Shown: positions 1-9,756 of the stretch, piece by piece | How the letters are laid out: each line of letters begins with the position of its first letter | How positions within the stretch are numbered: the stretch's first letter is position 1 | Program-made: the position numbers and the translations under genes | The notes under the pieces: generated by a model | What the model saw: only the letters and a program-made list of their open reading frames with translations | What the model was told of the DNA's origin: nothing | Databases searched by the model: none | From: a bacterium | Lineage (GTDB): Bacteria > Patescibacteriota > Patescibacteriia > SG8-24 | DNA length: 42,412 bases | Direction of reading: 5' to 3' | Assembly: GCA_043825985.1 (NCBI GenBank) | Contig: JBDRRB010000004.1 | Location: 1 to 42,412 of the forward strand

Positions 1-8
1 AAATCGCC

Positions 9-263
9 ATGGATAAGGCGTACGGGGACAAGAAGACGCGCGGAAGCGTCAAAAGAAAAGGCGGCATTCCCGTTGTGCCACCGAAATCCAACGCGAAACG
101 ACCGTGGAGATATGACAAGAAGATCTACAAGAAACGTAATGAGATCGAGCGACTCTTCCACCATCTCAAAAACTTCAGAAGAGTCGCTACGCGTTATGAC
201 AAACTCGACATCATGTTCCGTGCATTCGTTGGATTCGGTCTTACGATGCTTGCACTTAGGTAA
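9..263 (+). mobile_element. IS5-family transposase, C-terminal part (5' end outside window)
   Basis: DKAYG, PPKSN and YKKRNEIERLFHHLKNFRRVATRYDK match the IS5 DDE C-terminus. AT-richer than flanking genes. The stop is followed by TGTGAACAGTACC-TAG, a typical IS5 right end with a CTAG target (276-279). Confidence 0.9.
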
Positions 264-389
264 TGTGAACAGTACCTAGCTTTATGGCCGGCAAGAGGAA
301 GCTTTTGATTGGTTTGGTTGTTGTGGCGGTGGTCATCTCTGCCGCCCTCATTCTGCCTTACGTCATGTCGGAGACGGCGGGACAAGTCG

Positions 390-884
390 ATGGAATCTGG
401 CCATGAACAGGTTCCGACTCTAAGTTACGACGATTACATGAGGGAACGGGGTGAGCTCGATCTGCTGGCGCAACGCGAGACGAATCCCGAAGGAAGGATC
501 GTCACCAGGGAATTTGTCGGTCGGTTCTCGGACAAAGAAATCGCCGAAAATGGGCTCGACGAGACGTTCGTCGATACGGTGCTCACCCGCGGACCTGATG
601 CCGTGATCACCATGAAGGCAGTCGCTGACCCTAATGAGCGGTCTCCGATAGCTGCCTCGTCTCCGGGGGAGGTCGGCGGTTACGTCCTTTTTGCCGGGGA
701 GAATCCGGAGGGCGTGATGATCATGACGAAGGACCGGTCTCTGGCTAGGAAAATCTACGACCGGCTCGTCGATTACCTGCAGGATGAAGAAGACGGGTTA
801 GCGATGGAGAAAGCCATGTGGGATTTTGAGGACAAGGACAGCGAAGATTATCCCGGCGTGAAATTGATCCGACGGCTGGCTTGA
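390..884 (+). CDS. hypothetical acidic protein
   Basis: ORF 309..884; ATG at 390 (MESGHEQ) is the more plausible start. No motif recognised. Confidence 0.65.
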   Translation: MESGHEQVPTLSYDDYMRERGELDLLAQRETNPEGRIVTREFVGRFSDKEIAENGLDETFVDTVLTRGPDAVITMKAVADPNERSPIAASSPGEVGGYVLFAGENPEGVMIMTKDRSLARKIYDRLVDYLQDEEDGLAMEKAMWDFEDKDSEDYPGVKLIRRLA

Positions 885-904
885 GGGTCGCAGGTGAATC
901 AATT

Positions 905-1699
905 ATGCGAGAACAATTCGGTTATCAGCCTCCAGAAGCAGAGAATTGGTCAGCGGAGGGGCAGCGAGAATCGGCCGAGGAACGTGGTCCGGAAAGGATC
1001 GAGGGATTTGATGTCGGACTGAAGAGGATTGAGGCCAAGGTACGGCAGTTGCTTGCGGAAAAAGATAGGCTCTTGCTTGCGGTGAGCGGGAAGTCCGGTT
1101 CCGGAAAAACTGAGTTGGCGAGACAGCTCGGCGAACGTCTTCGCGGACAGGGAGTTGAGACGACCGTGATCAGCACCGACGACTTCTACGAAAATGACGA
1201 CCCGGACAATCCGCAGAAAAAGGAATTGAATCTGGGAAGGCTCCATGACGTCATCGCCAAGCTTCAGGACGGCCATCCGGTCGATCGTTACGAGCCGGCA
1301 CCGGCGATAATAGTCGAGGGGCTGCAGACCATAGACGACGGGGTCGTCGGACAAGCGCCGGACCTTCGGGCCTATGTCGAGACCGGTTTTGGCCAGAGAA
1401 TGGGGCGGCGTCTCGTGCGCGACGACCGGAACGGCCACCGCGATCCGAAGAAGTCCCTGGAAGTATTCGTGAGTGTCGCAGTCAACCATCCCGAACTGGT
1501 TCAGAAATTCGAAGGCACGCCGGACACGAGTGGGTGCGATTTCCTGATAGAGAACGACTACAGGGAGGAGGGCGATCCGGGTATCGCGGTCCGCGGCGAA
1601 GAGTTGGTCTTTACCCTCGGGGGTGAGGTCAGGGAATCGCGGAAGCTAAGTAAGGAAGAGAAAAAGGCGGTGCTCGCGTTGGGCGTGGAGGAAGGGTGA
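905..1699 (+). CDS. uridine kinase/phosphoribulokinase-like P-loop NTPase
   Basis: Walker A GKSGSGKT, plus STDDFY, IIVEG and RRLVRD motifs of the uridine kinase family. Acidic N-terminal extension. Confidence 0.75.
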   Translation: MREQFGYQPPEAENWSAEGQRESAEERGPERIEGFDVGLKRIEAKVRQLLAEKDRLLLAVSGKSGSGKTELARQLGERLRGQGVETTVISTDDFYENDDPDNPQKKELNLGRLHDVIAKLQDGHPVDRYEPAPAIIVEGLQTIDDGVVGQAPDLRAYVETGFGQRMGRRLVRDDRNGHRDPKKSLEVFVSVAVNHPELVQKFEGTPDTSGCDFLIENDYREEGDPGIAVRGEELVFTLGGEVRESRKLSKEEKKAVLALGVEEG

Positions 1700-1793
1700 C
1701 ACCACTGTAGCGGTTATGGTCTTGATAACCCGGGCCGAAAGGCTCGGATTTTGGTATGTTTAATCTGTTTTTAACCGTCAGCTGCAGTCAACT

Positions 1794-2801
1794 ATGGCTT
1801 GGGGAGACATTCCGAGAATGGGTTCAAATTCGGAGGGGTTGGGAAGGGACGAGCAGCGGGATGACAGGTATCCGCGAGGGAGTCAGGGAGATTCCGCGAA
1901 ACGGCGGGCCCATGATCTGAACAGGGCAATGGAAGAACGCTACGGCGGTGGACAGAAGTCGCCGTCGAAGGGTGCGAAGCGGGGGGCCGTTCCCGCCAAC
2001 GAGACAGCGGCCGGAAAGTCTAAGGAAAAGGCTGAAGGGGTTCAGCCTTGGTTGAATCTGGAGCGGGAGAAGTCGTTTGAGGTGCTGCGGGCGGCCTTTC
2101 GTGGGCTTGAGGGCAGCGGCAGCCGTGAACAGCGGGAAAGGAAGTTCAGGGAATGGTTTCTGGATTTCATCAACGCCGCGCTTGAGGCCGGGGACAGGGA
2201 ACCGTTAGAGCCAGCCGACGTGAGTTCCGTATTCTTGGGTGAGTTTCGGTCCGCGTCTGCCTCCGAGATTGCCGGGACCGACATAATTCGTTCGGTCGTC
2301 TGCTTTGAGGACATTTTGCAGTATCAGAGATTGGCGGCACGGATGGACGGCAGGTGTGTGGCGGACGATGGTGGAACATTCATTCCGGGCAAGGCATTTA
2401 GCGACGATCACATCATGCACCAGATCGGGCTGATCATATCGGCGGCCGACGACTATTTCATCCAGCACGAGATCCGTCACTCCATCGATCCGCATCTCGA
2501 CAGTCGATCGGGCGAGGGGCTGGTGCTGACCGAGGCGTTCGCTCTTTATCGGCAGGTCATAGTCGAGTCGGACAGTACGGAGAAAGAACTGTTCGGCGCT
2601 CTGGCTAGAGTCCTGAAGAATTACTATGACGACTATTTGGACGAATCTGACCTGCCGATGAGCCAGTCCGAATTCGACCTGGTCTGCGAGAAAGTAGTCG
2701 AGACGCTGCGGCAGTCGCGGCAAAAGCATGGCGACCTGGAGACGCAGCGGATGCTGGCCCAGTCCAGAACGATGGCTGACCTGTTTCGGCTGTCTAGGTG
2801 A
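1794..2801 (+). CDS. hypothetical protein with HExxH zincin-like motif
   Basis: QHEIRH followed by LTEAFA (possible third zinc ligand). Low-complexity N-terminus. Confidence 0.6.
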   Translation: MAWGDIPRMGSNSEGLGRDEQRDDRYPRGSQGDSAKRRAHDLNRAMEERYGGGQKSPSKGAKRGAVPANETAAGKSKEKAEGVQPWLNLEREKSFEVLRAAFRGLEGSGSREQRERKFREWFLDFINAALEAGDREPLEPADVSSVFLGEFRSASASEIAGTDIIRSVVCFEDILQYQRLAARMDGRCVADDGGTFIPGKAFSDDHIMHQIGLIISAADDYFIQHEIRHSIDPHLDSRSGEGLVLTEAFALYRQVIVESDSTEKELFGALARVLKNYYDDYLDESDLPMSQSEFDLVCEKVVETLRQSRQKHGDLETQRMLAQSRTMADLFRLSR

Positions 2802-2857
2802 TCTGTCGTTTTTGGTCGATCAGAATGAAGCGAGCTGAAATTTAACCGCTAACCATC

Positions 2858-4013
2858 ATGCGTATGGAGATTGAGCACCGGCGACATGAGCCGACTCCGG
2901 AAGAGGAGGCCCGAGCTGAGGCCATCATGACCCCGGAACAGCGGCGAATGTCCGAGGAACGAGCCGAGTTTCACTTGCAGGAGCTACCTCCCTGGGACGA
3001 CTTCGAGGTCAATTCAGTCGACGAGAACTACGAGCGTCGTCAGCCGACACCCGAACAGAGGGAACAGATGATCCGTACCCTAGAAGAGTTAGGTGACCTA
3101 ATGGCTGGGACGGACGCGCGATGGCAGCTGGATGGTGCGATGAACATATCTCTATACGGCGGCGATTTCATCGGCGTACATAAGGACACCGACATTTCGG
3201 TCGAGCCGGAAGACCTGCCGTCCCTCGAGGGCCATCTGCTGCGGCGCGGCTTTGCCCTGTTCGAGAGCCAGACGCGCGACGACGTCAATGGTCCACGTCG
3301 TCTGAAGCGGGTCTCGGCCGACCAGGTCCGCCGGTCGGGCGGCGAAAATGTCGCCGTCAACAGGGTTGACGAACGGGGCAAGATAATACCGGGCGGGGAC
3401 CTTAATTCCATTGACCTGCACCTGATCAGGCGTGATGCCGAAGGTCGTGGCGTGGGTAATAAGGGAACGCCCCTGCCCGAACGGTGGATGTTCCCCAGCC
3501 AGCGCGGCATGTCCGGCGGGCCGGAGATCAGCACTAGTCATCCGGCTCGGACTCTCTATTACAAGCTTTACCAGGGACGCAATTACGATTTTACGGACCT
3601 GGATCGTTTGGCCGAAACCGGCGTGCTGACGGAGCAGGACATAGATGAGGTCGAACAGGTGCTGGGGGGACGAGCGGGAGGTCAGCCGCGAGAATGTCCA
3701 TGCGGCCCTGGCTCCAATCGCCGATCGTCTGGCCGGCGCCACTGATCCCGCTGCCACATTTGAGATATTCAAGGACTCTCCGGTGTTTGCTGAGCATATG
3801 ACTCCGGAGAAGGAAAGTACGTTTAGGCAATTGGCCGGAAGCCTGGCCTCTGCCAAGGACAGGTCTCTCGACGGACTGACCGAAAAGTTGCTGGACGTTT
3901 CCGGCGCGGAACAGTGGTATGCCGTTCGGAAAAAGATTATCGATCGCCTGCGGGGCAAGCTGGACGATGAACGGAATGTCCGACGGACTCGGGAGGCTAT
4001 TGGCAATAATTAA
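2858..4013 (+). pseudogene. nucleotidyltransferase (ANT(2'')/Lnu-like fold), frameshifted at a G6 run
   Basis: WQLDGAMNISLYGGDFIGVHKDTDISV resembles the GG..DxD NTase motif. ORFs 2858..3745 and 3645..4013 join if one G is removed from GGGGGG at 3664-3669. Confidence 0.65.
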
Positions 4014-4028
4014 ACTTCGTCACGTCAT

Positions 4029-4520
4029 ATGAGACTAGCCATCATGACGGTTGTCCTGTCGTTGGTCCTGCTCGGGGCGGGCTGCCTGGAGAATCCGCCG
4101 CAGTTTTGGTCGTTGGGTCAGGAACTGGCCGACCAGAAGCCCGCTGAAGAGGCCGAGGTCGACTTGAGTGGGCGCGGGTTGCGAGAACTGCCAACTGGGC
4201 TGCTGCAGCGGGAAGGTATAACTTCACTCGACCTGTCCGACAATGCCCTAGGCTCCCTGCCGGCTGAGATCTGGCGCCTGCGGTCCTTGCGAACGTTGGA
4301 CCTGAGCGGAAACCAGCTGACCGGACTGCCGGCCGAGCTCGGACAGTTGGGTGAGCTGCGAACGCTCGACGTGTCCGGCAACCAGCTGACCGGCTTGCCT
4401 TACGAATTAGGTCAGCTGCAGAATCTGAAAACGTTCGACCTGTCCGGAAACGACTACAGCGAGGCTGACCTGGATATTATCGAGGTGATGCTGCCGCCGA
4501 CGGTCGAAATTAGGCGCTGA
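4029..4520 (+). CDS. leucine-rich repeat lipoprotein
   Basis: LLGAGC lipobox. Repeated LRTLDLSGNQLTGLPAELGQL LRR units. Confidence 0.9.
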   Translation: MRLAIMTVVLSLVLLGAGCLENPPQFWSLGQELADQKPAEEAEVDLSGRGLRELPTGLLQREGITSLDLSDNALGSLPAEIWRLRSLRTLDLSGNQLTGLPAELGQLGELRTLDVSGNQLTGLPYELGQLQNLKTFDLSGNDYSEADLDIIEVMLPPTVEIRR

Positions 4521-4560
4521 TTCTTTCGACATGAGTTTGTCTTTTCTAACCAAGAAAGAA

Positions 4561-6213
4561 ATGAAGAACACCTTAACCTTAGTTCTCCTGCTGGCGCTGG
4601 TCGTGGCGCCGTCGCTGGTGCCGGTCCGGGCCGCGGCCTCGGTCGCCGAGCGGACCCGGGGCCAGATCCTGCTGCAGGTCCAGCAGCACGGCGAGTCCTA
4701 CTACATATATCCGGACGACCTGCGGCGGTACTACTTGGGGCGTCCGGCTGACGCCTTCAATGTCATGCGGTCGCTGGGGCTAGGCATCACCGACGCCGAC
4801 CTGGCCAAGATTCCGCGCTCGACCGACTCCTGGGTCGGCGAGGCCGGCCTGCTGAACCGGGTGCGCGGGCGGATCCTGCTGCAGGTTCAGCAGCACGGCG
4901 AGGCCTGGTACGTCTATCCGGGCAACAGCCGACGCTACTATCTCGGCCGTCCCAGCGATGCGTTCAACATCATGCGGAGCTTGGGGCTGGGCGTCACGGA
5001 CAGCGACCTGTCGACTGTTGCTGTCGGTTCGTTGGGAGCGGGTAGCGGCGGCTCCGGCAGCAGTGACACGTCCGGCAGTTCGGGCAGCGATGGCGGCGGT
5101 GCGACAAGCGGCGGCACGGTCACCGAGGACCCGAACTCGATCACCGTCAGCAGCGCGGCTGCGCTCGCGAATGCCATCGAGAGCGCCAACGGCGGCGGCC
5201 CCAAGACCATCCTGGTCGAGAACGGGACATACACCCTCGGCGGCATGCTCTGGGTTTCGGCCAGCGGCGTGACCGTGCGCAGCCGTTCGGGCGTCCGTGA
5301 TGCCGTCGTCCTGCAGGGCGACGGCATGGCCGGCAACGTCTCGCATGTCTTTAACGTCACCGGAGACAATTTCACCGTCCGTGACCTGACCATGAGGCGG
5401 GTCGCCAACCACGCCCTCCAGCTGCAGGTCGACGTCGACGGGCTGACCGTCAGCAACGTCCACTTCCTGGACACCGGCGAGCAGATGCTCAAGGTGGCCT
5501 ACGACGCCGGGAACATGGCGGCCGCCTCGGACGACGGTTTGGTCGAGAACAGCCTGTTCGAGTACAGCGCCGGACACGGTCCGCAGTACTACATCGGCGG
5601 GATCGACGCGCACAACGCCCGGAACTGGGTCGTCCGCGGCAACACCTTCTGGAACATCAAGAGTCCGAGCGAGGATATCGCAGAGTTTGCGATTCACTTC
5701 TGGTCCGAATCGGAGAACACGCTGGTCGAGAGGAACACGATCGTCAGCTGCGACCGGGGGATCGGTTTCGGCCTGGGCGACCGCGGGCACGTCGGCGGGA
5801 TCATCCGCAACAACATGATCTACCACGACAGCTCGGAGGGCTTCGCCGACGTGGCGATCGGCCTGGAGGACGCCCGCAATTCGCAGGTCTACAACAATAC
5901 CGTCCTCATGGCCAACAGCTACCCGAACGCCATCGAGTACCGCTTCGGCAGCACGACCGGCGCCCAAATATACAATAACCTGACCAACAAGGCGATCACC
6001 GCCCGCGACGGGGCTTCGGGAACGGCGGCGAACAACGTCACCGACGCACAGTCGAGCTGGTTCGTCGCTCCGGCGTCCGGCAACCTGCACTTGGTCAGTT
6101 CGGTCGCAGCCGTGGTCGATCGGGGACGGAGCGTCTCCGGCCTGACCGACGACTTCGACGGGCAGTCGCGCCCGCGCGGCGGCAGCATCGACGTCGGTGC
6201 GGACGAGCTGTAG
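4561..6213 (+). CDS. secreted right-handed parallel beta-helix protein with two CPR-type N-terminal repeats
   Basis: Signal peptide, two GxILLQVQQHGExxYxYP..RRYYLGRPxDAFNxMRSLGLG units, Gly/Ser linker, beta-helix repeats (IIRNNMIY, VYNNTV), and C-terminal DFDGQSRPRGGSIDVGADE. Confidence 0.85.
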   Translation: MKNTLTLVLLLALVVAPSLVPVRAAASVAERTRGQILLQVQQHGESYYIYPDDLRRYYLGRPADAFNVMRSLGLGITDADLAKIPRSTDSWVGEAGLLNRVRGRILLQVQQHGEAWYVYPGNSRRYYLGRPSDAFNIMRSLGLGVTDSDLSTVAVGSLGAGSGGSGSSDTSGSSGSDGGGATSGGTVTEDPNSITVSSAAALANAIESANGGGPKTILVENGTYTLGGMLWVSASGVTVRSRSGVRDAVVLQGDGMAGNVSHVFNVTGDNFTVRDLTMRRVANHALQLQVDVDGLTVSNVHFLDTGEQMLKVAYDAGNMAAASDDGLVENSLFEYSAGHGPQYYIGGIDAHNARNWVVRGNTFWNIKSPSEDIAEFAIHFWSESENTLVERNTIVSCDRGIGFGLGDRGHVGGIIRNNMIYHDSSEGFADVAIGLEDARNSQVYNNTVLMANSYPNAIEYRFGSTTGAQIYNNLTNKAITARDGASGTAANNVTDAQSSWFVAPASGNLHLVSSVAAVVDRGRSVSGLTDDFDGQSRPRGGSIDVGADEL

Positions 6214-6229
6214 GTTGATCCACTCGTCT

Positions 6230-6267
6230 AAAAAAAGCCGCCCTCAGGCCGGGGGCGGCTTATTTTT
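6230..6267. terminator. bidirectional intrinsic terminator
   Basis: A-run, AAGCCGCCC/GGGCGGCTT stem and T-run between convergent genes. Confidence 0.8.
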
Positions 6268-6300
6268 CGGGTGAAGCTGGTCGGTGCGTCAAAGTCAATC

Positions 6301-7203
6301 TCAGCCCATGTCGAGGCCGAGCAGTCGAGCAGCCGCGAACGCGTCTTCGGGCTCTGTGCCCATGCCGGTCAGCACCCGGACCGAACCGGGACATCTTTCC
6401 CTCAGCCGGCGGAGCAGGGTGGAGGTGCCGGTGAAGTAGTCCAGGAGCGAAGCGGGAATGATTCCCGCATCGTCGTCTCTCGCCAGCCCAAGGACGTGCT
6501 CCGCCAGTCTTATCTGGGATCCGTAGGTCACGGTCTCTAACAGCCAGTCCGCCTCGTCGGCCGTCAATAGATTCGGAGCTTCCCTTATCAGCTCGAATCT
6601 GAGATGTCGGGCGACCAATTCGGTGATGGCCTCGTTGAGTCCGACGAAAATCGGGACGTCCGCGCCGCTTGTGTTTTCGGCCACGTTCATTCTGACACGG
6701 CTGGACATCCCGGATCGTTCCGGGGCGATATGGACCAGCTCGCGGCCGTTGTCCTCCCGGCGGGTGACGCGGATTCGCTGGAATGAGGCCAGATGGGCTA
6801 TCTCATGGCTGGCGTCGTGGGCGAATTCCTTGTTGCTGCCGCGGATGAGATAGGCCCAGCCGCCACGAATCATCCCTCCTGCGGCTGGATCGATCTTTTC
6901 TCGGAATTCGTCCCCGTCGAGAACGAGAATCCGTTCGGCGGACAGGTGTTTACTCTGGACCAGCCCAAGAGAGTCCACGAACTGTCCGGCTGCCGTCAGC
7001 AGCAGTTCGATCGTCTGAATTTCGAAGGCCGTCGGCTTAAGCGGGACGACATCGGAAAGTTCCGGACTGTAGCTCCAGTAACGCTGCCATAGTCTTTCGA
7101 CCTGAGACGGATCGTCGCTGATGACCGTCACCTCGTCAAAGAACCGGCGGCACATGGAGTTCCTCCTCTCGCTTGAGTGCCTCATGGCGTCCGAATCGGA
7201 CAA
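6301..7203 (-). CDS. gluzincin-like metalloprotease-domain hypothetical protein
   Basis: SHEIAH plus downstream GLNEAITE. Confidence 0.7.
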   Translation of the reverse strand: MSDSDAMRHSSERRNSMCRRFFDEVTVISDDPSQVERLWQRYWSYSPELSDVVPLKPTAFEIQTIELLLTAAGQFVDSLGLVQSKHLSAERILVLDGDEFREKIDPAAGGMIRGGWAYLIRGSNKEFAHDASHEIAHLASFQRIRVTRREDNGRELVHIAPERSGMSSRVRMNVAENTSGADVPIFVGLNEAITELVARHLRFELIREAPNLLTADEADWLLETVTYGSQIRLAEHVLGLARDDDAGIIPASLLDYFTGTSTLLRRLRERCPGSVRVLTGMGTEPEDAFAAARLLGLDMG

Positions 7204-7336
7204 ATCATGTCGCCACGGGTCGTTCGGCCTGTCAATGTCCTGCCATCCTTTCGTCCCGCCGTCCGTCTTTATGCCCAGTCCGGCAGGTGCTACTCTGCAG
7301 TCAGATTACTTTTCACTTATTTTTATCCGTTTAACT

Positions 7337-8512
7337 ATGCGTAAACCTATAGTTCTTGCCCTGGCGCTTGCCCTGGCGCTTGCCCTGCCCGGCGTGTCCT
7401 GGGCGGCGGAGATGCAGAGCGGCGAGACGGTCACGATCGGGACCAGTCAGGTCATAGATGAGAACCTCTATGCGGCCGGCGGCATGGTCTCGCTGGATGG
7501 CGAGGTCCGGGGCGACGCCCACGTGGTCGGCGGCAACCTGACCGTGACTGGTTCGGTGGCCGATGACCTGACCGCGGCCGGCGGATCGCTGGTGCTGCTC
7601 GGTCCGGTCGGCGGCGACCTGCGCTTCGCCGGCGGGGACATCACCTTCGGCAGTCCGGTCGGTGGCGAGCTGGTCGCAGCCGGCGGAAACATCACCACCA
7701 CTCCGTCCGTGACGGTCGGCGGTGACGCGGTGATCGCCGGCGGCAACGTCGTCGTCAAGGGCCACTATGCCGGTGACCTGGCCGTCTACGCCGGCGAGGT
7801 CCGGATCGACGGTACGGTCGAGGGCAACCTGCTGACCAAGGCCGAGACGGTCACGCTCGCTTCCGGGGCGGTCGTCCGCGGGTCATACCTGCACGAGGGG
7901 CCCAAGGAGGCGACGGTCGAGGACGGGGCGACGGTCGACGGCGAGCGCGCCTACAACTTCCGCCAGTTCGAGAGAGACGCGTCGAAGGATGCCGACCGGA
8001 TGTCCTGGTCCGTGTTCGGCCGGGCCTTCGGCGCGATGTTCCTGTTCTTCGTCCTGATCAAGTTCCTGGCCTACCTGCTGGTCTCGCTGCTCCTGACCTG
8101 GCAACTGCCGGGCATCTCCCGCGCGGTCGTCAGCCGCACGCTCGGCAATTTCGGAACCGACCTGCTGACCGGCTTCCTGATCATGGTCGTCGCCCCGTTC
8201 GCCCTGCTGCTGGCCGGAATGACGGTGGTCGGCTGGGCGGTCGCCTGCATCGTGTGCACCGCCCTGGTCCTGGCCGGAATGGTCGGTGCGGCCTACTCGA
8301 CGGTGTCGTTCGGCGCCCTGATCAGGAAGATGGGCGCTCGAGGCAGGAAGGACTATCCGGCCGACTGGAAGAGCGCGCTTCTGGGAACGGTCCTGCTCAC
8401 CCTGGTCATGCTGATCCCGGTGTTCGGCTGGGCGGTCGGTCTCCTGTTCTGCCTGGCCAGCTTCGGCACGGTGGTCAGGCTGGCGTACGGTGCCCTGATC
8501 AGCCGTCGCTAG
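7337..8512 (+). CDS. polymer-forming cytoskeletal (bactofilin-like) repeat membrane protein
   Basis: Signal peptide, repeated V.GD...AGG beta-solenoid units and about 5-6 C-terminal TM helices. Start ACTATG at 7337. Confidence 0.8.
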   Translation: MRKPIVLALALALALALPGVSWAAEMQSGETVTIGTSQVIDENLYAAGGMVSLDGEVRGDAHVVGGNLTVTGSVADDLTAAGGSLVLLGPVGGDLRFAGGDITFGSPVGGELVAAGGNITTTPSVTVGGDAVIAGGNVVVKGHYAGDLAVYAGEVRIDGTVEGNLLTKAETVTLASGAVVRGSYLHEGPKEATVEDGATVDGERAYNFRQFERDASKDADRMSWSVFGRAFGAMFLFFVLIKFLAYLLVSLLLTWQLPGISRAVVSRTLGNFGTDLLTGFLIMVVAPFALLLAGMTVVGWAVACIVCTALVLAGMVGAAYSTVSFGALIRKMGARGRKDYPADWKSALLGTVLLTLVMLIPVFGWAVGLLFCLASFGTVVRLAYGALISRR

Positions 8513-8671
8513 CCGCACGTCACGTCAGCGGGAACAGGCCGTCCGTCGCGCCCGGCGGATGGCCTTTCCGTCTAGCCGTTCGGTTCGGACGGCGTTGACA
8601 TCAGGGCCGGCGTGTGGTACTGATTCAGGTTAGTCATTCGTATTTCCCCAACAATAACAAAACCTATACCT

Positions 8672-9433
8672 ATGAACCCAATCAACGCAAAGAGGTACCT
8701 GACGATCGCGATCGTCCTGGCCGTGGTGGCCCTGGGCAGCCTGGCCATTGGGCTGGCGGTGACCGGCGGCTTCCAGAACGGCGGGGGAATGGACAAGATC
8801 GGCAAGTCGGAACTCGACCTGGCCGAAGTCGAACGTCTCCTGGACCGGGTCGACGTGCTGCGGGAGGAGATCTCCAGCGAGGAGGCCGAGACCGGTGAGG
8901 ACGTTCCGGCCGACGACCCTCGGGTCGAGGAGATCGACCGGCTGCTGGAGGAGGTTTCCGATCTTCGTGATGAGATCGCCAGCCTGTCCGGTGCGGCTTC
9001 GGAAGGCGGCCTGTCCGACGAGGCATCGGATTCCGGCGATGACGGTTCGGCCGACGCGGTCGTGACCGGATCTTCGCTCATGGACGGGCCGGTGACCGAT
9101 CCGTCTGCGGACGCTTCGTCTTCGCTGTCGATCAGCCCTGACCTGCCGGACTCCGGTCTCGAGGTGTTCGATCCGGACGCCTACGCGGACGATCCGGTTT
9201 GGTACGGCACCGAACCAGGTCCATACTACGATCCGGTCGCGGACGGCGGATACGCCGAGGACGAATACGCGGACGATCCGGCGCTGTACGGAGATCTCGT
9301 CTTGCCGGTCGTCAGCACTCCGGTTCTGACTCCGGTCGAGACGTCTCCGGCGGCCGACGAGACCGACACCAGCTCGGACCTCGGTTCGATCCTGCTGCCG
9401 TCTCCTCTGAGCCCTCCAGCCAAGAAGTTCTAG
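8672..9433 (+). CDS. membrane-anchored acidic hypothetical protein
   Basis: One N-terminal TM helix, a duplicated coiled-coil segment and a D/P-rich tail with YADDP repeats. Confidence 0.7.
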   Translation: MNPINAKRYLTIAIVLAVVALGSLAIGLAVTGGFQNGGGMDKIGKSELDLAEVERLLDRVDVLREEISSEEAETGEDVPADDPRVEEIDRLLEEVSDLRDEIASLSGAASEGGLSDEASDSGDDGSADAVVTGSSLMDGPVTDPSADASSSLSISPDLPDSGLEVFDPDAYADDPVWYGTEPGPYYDPVADGGYAEDEYADDPALYGDLVLPVVSTPVLTPVETSPAADETDTSSDLGSILLPSPLSPPAKKF

Positions 9434-9468
9434 GTTCGTTTTCGATTGTTTTCGTCAGTTCCCACCAG

Positions 9469-9501
9469 AAGGGGCGGTCCGAATAGGGCCGTCCCTTTTT
9501 G
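9469..9501 (+). terminator. intrinsic terminator
   Basis: AAGGGGCGGTCC/GGGCCGTCCCTT stem followed by a T-run. Confidence 0.7.
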
Positions 9502-9619
9502 TCGGTCAGGATTCAGGCGCTTTTCTGATTTTTGTGACGGCATCGCAACCGCACAGAAAGAATTTTTCGGAGTTGGTTTGGATTTTGGCCATGGTTAAGC
9601 ATTTTTTGACTCGTTAGGG

Positions 9620-9648
9620 TTGACAAAAACGACTTTTTGTGGTAAGTT
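9620..9648 (+). promoter_or_regulatory. sigma70-type promoter
   Basis: TTGACA-17 nt-TAAGTT with extended TG. Confidence 0.6.
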
Positions 9649-9756
9649 TTGTGGTCGTCTTTGCGACTCTTTCTGTCCTCGGATGCGCGCTTCGGACCGT
9701 TTCGGAGCTCGTTTTCGAGGAGGGATCGGCACGGTGCCGACCCAGAAGGAGGAGAG

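Noticed and set aside
7358-7387. 12-bp repeat GCCCTGGCGCTT
   Set aside because: It only encodes ALALALAL in a signal peptide, an ordinary slippage duplication.
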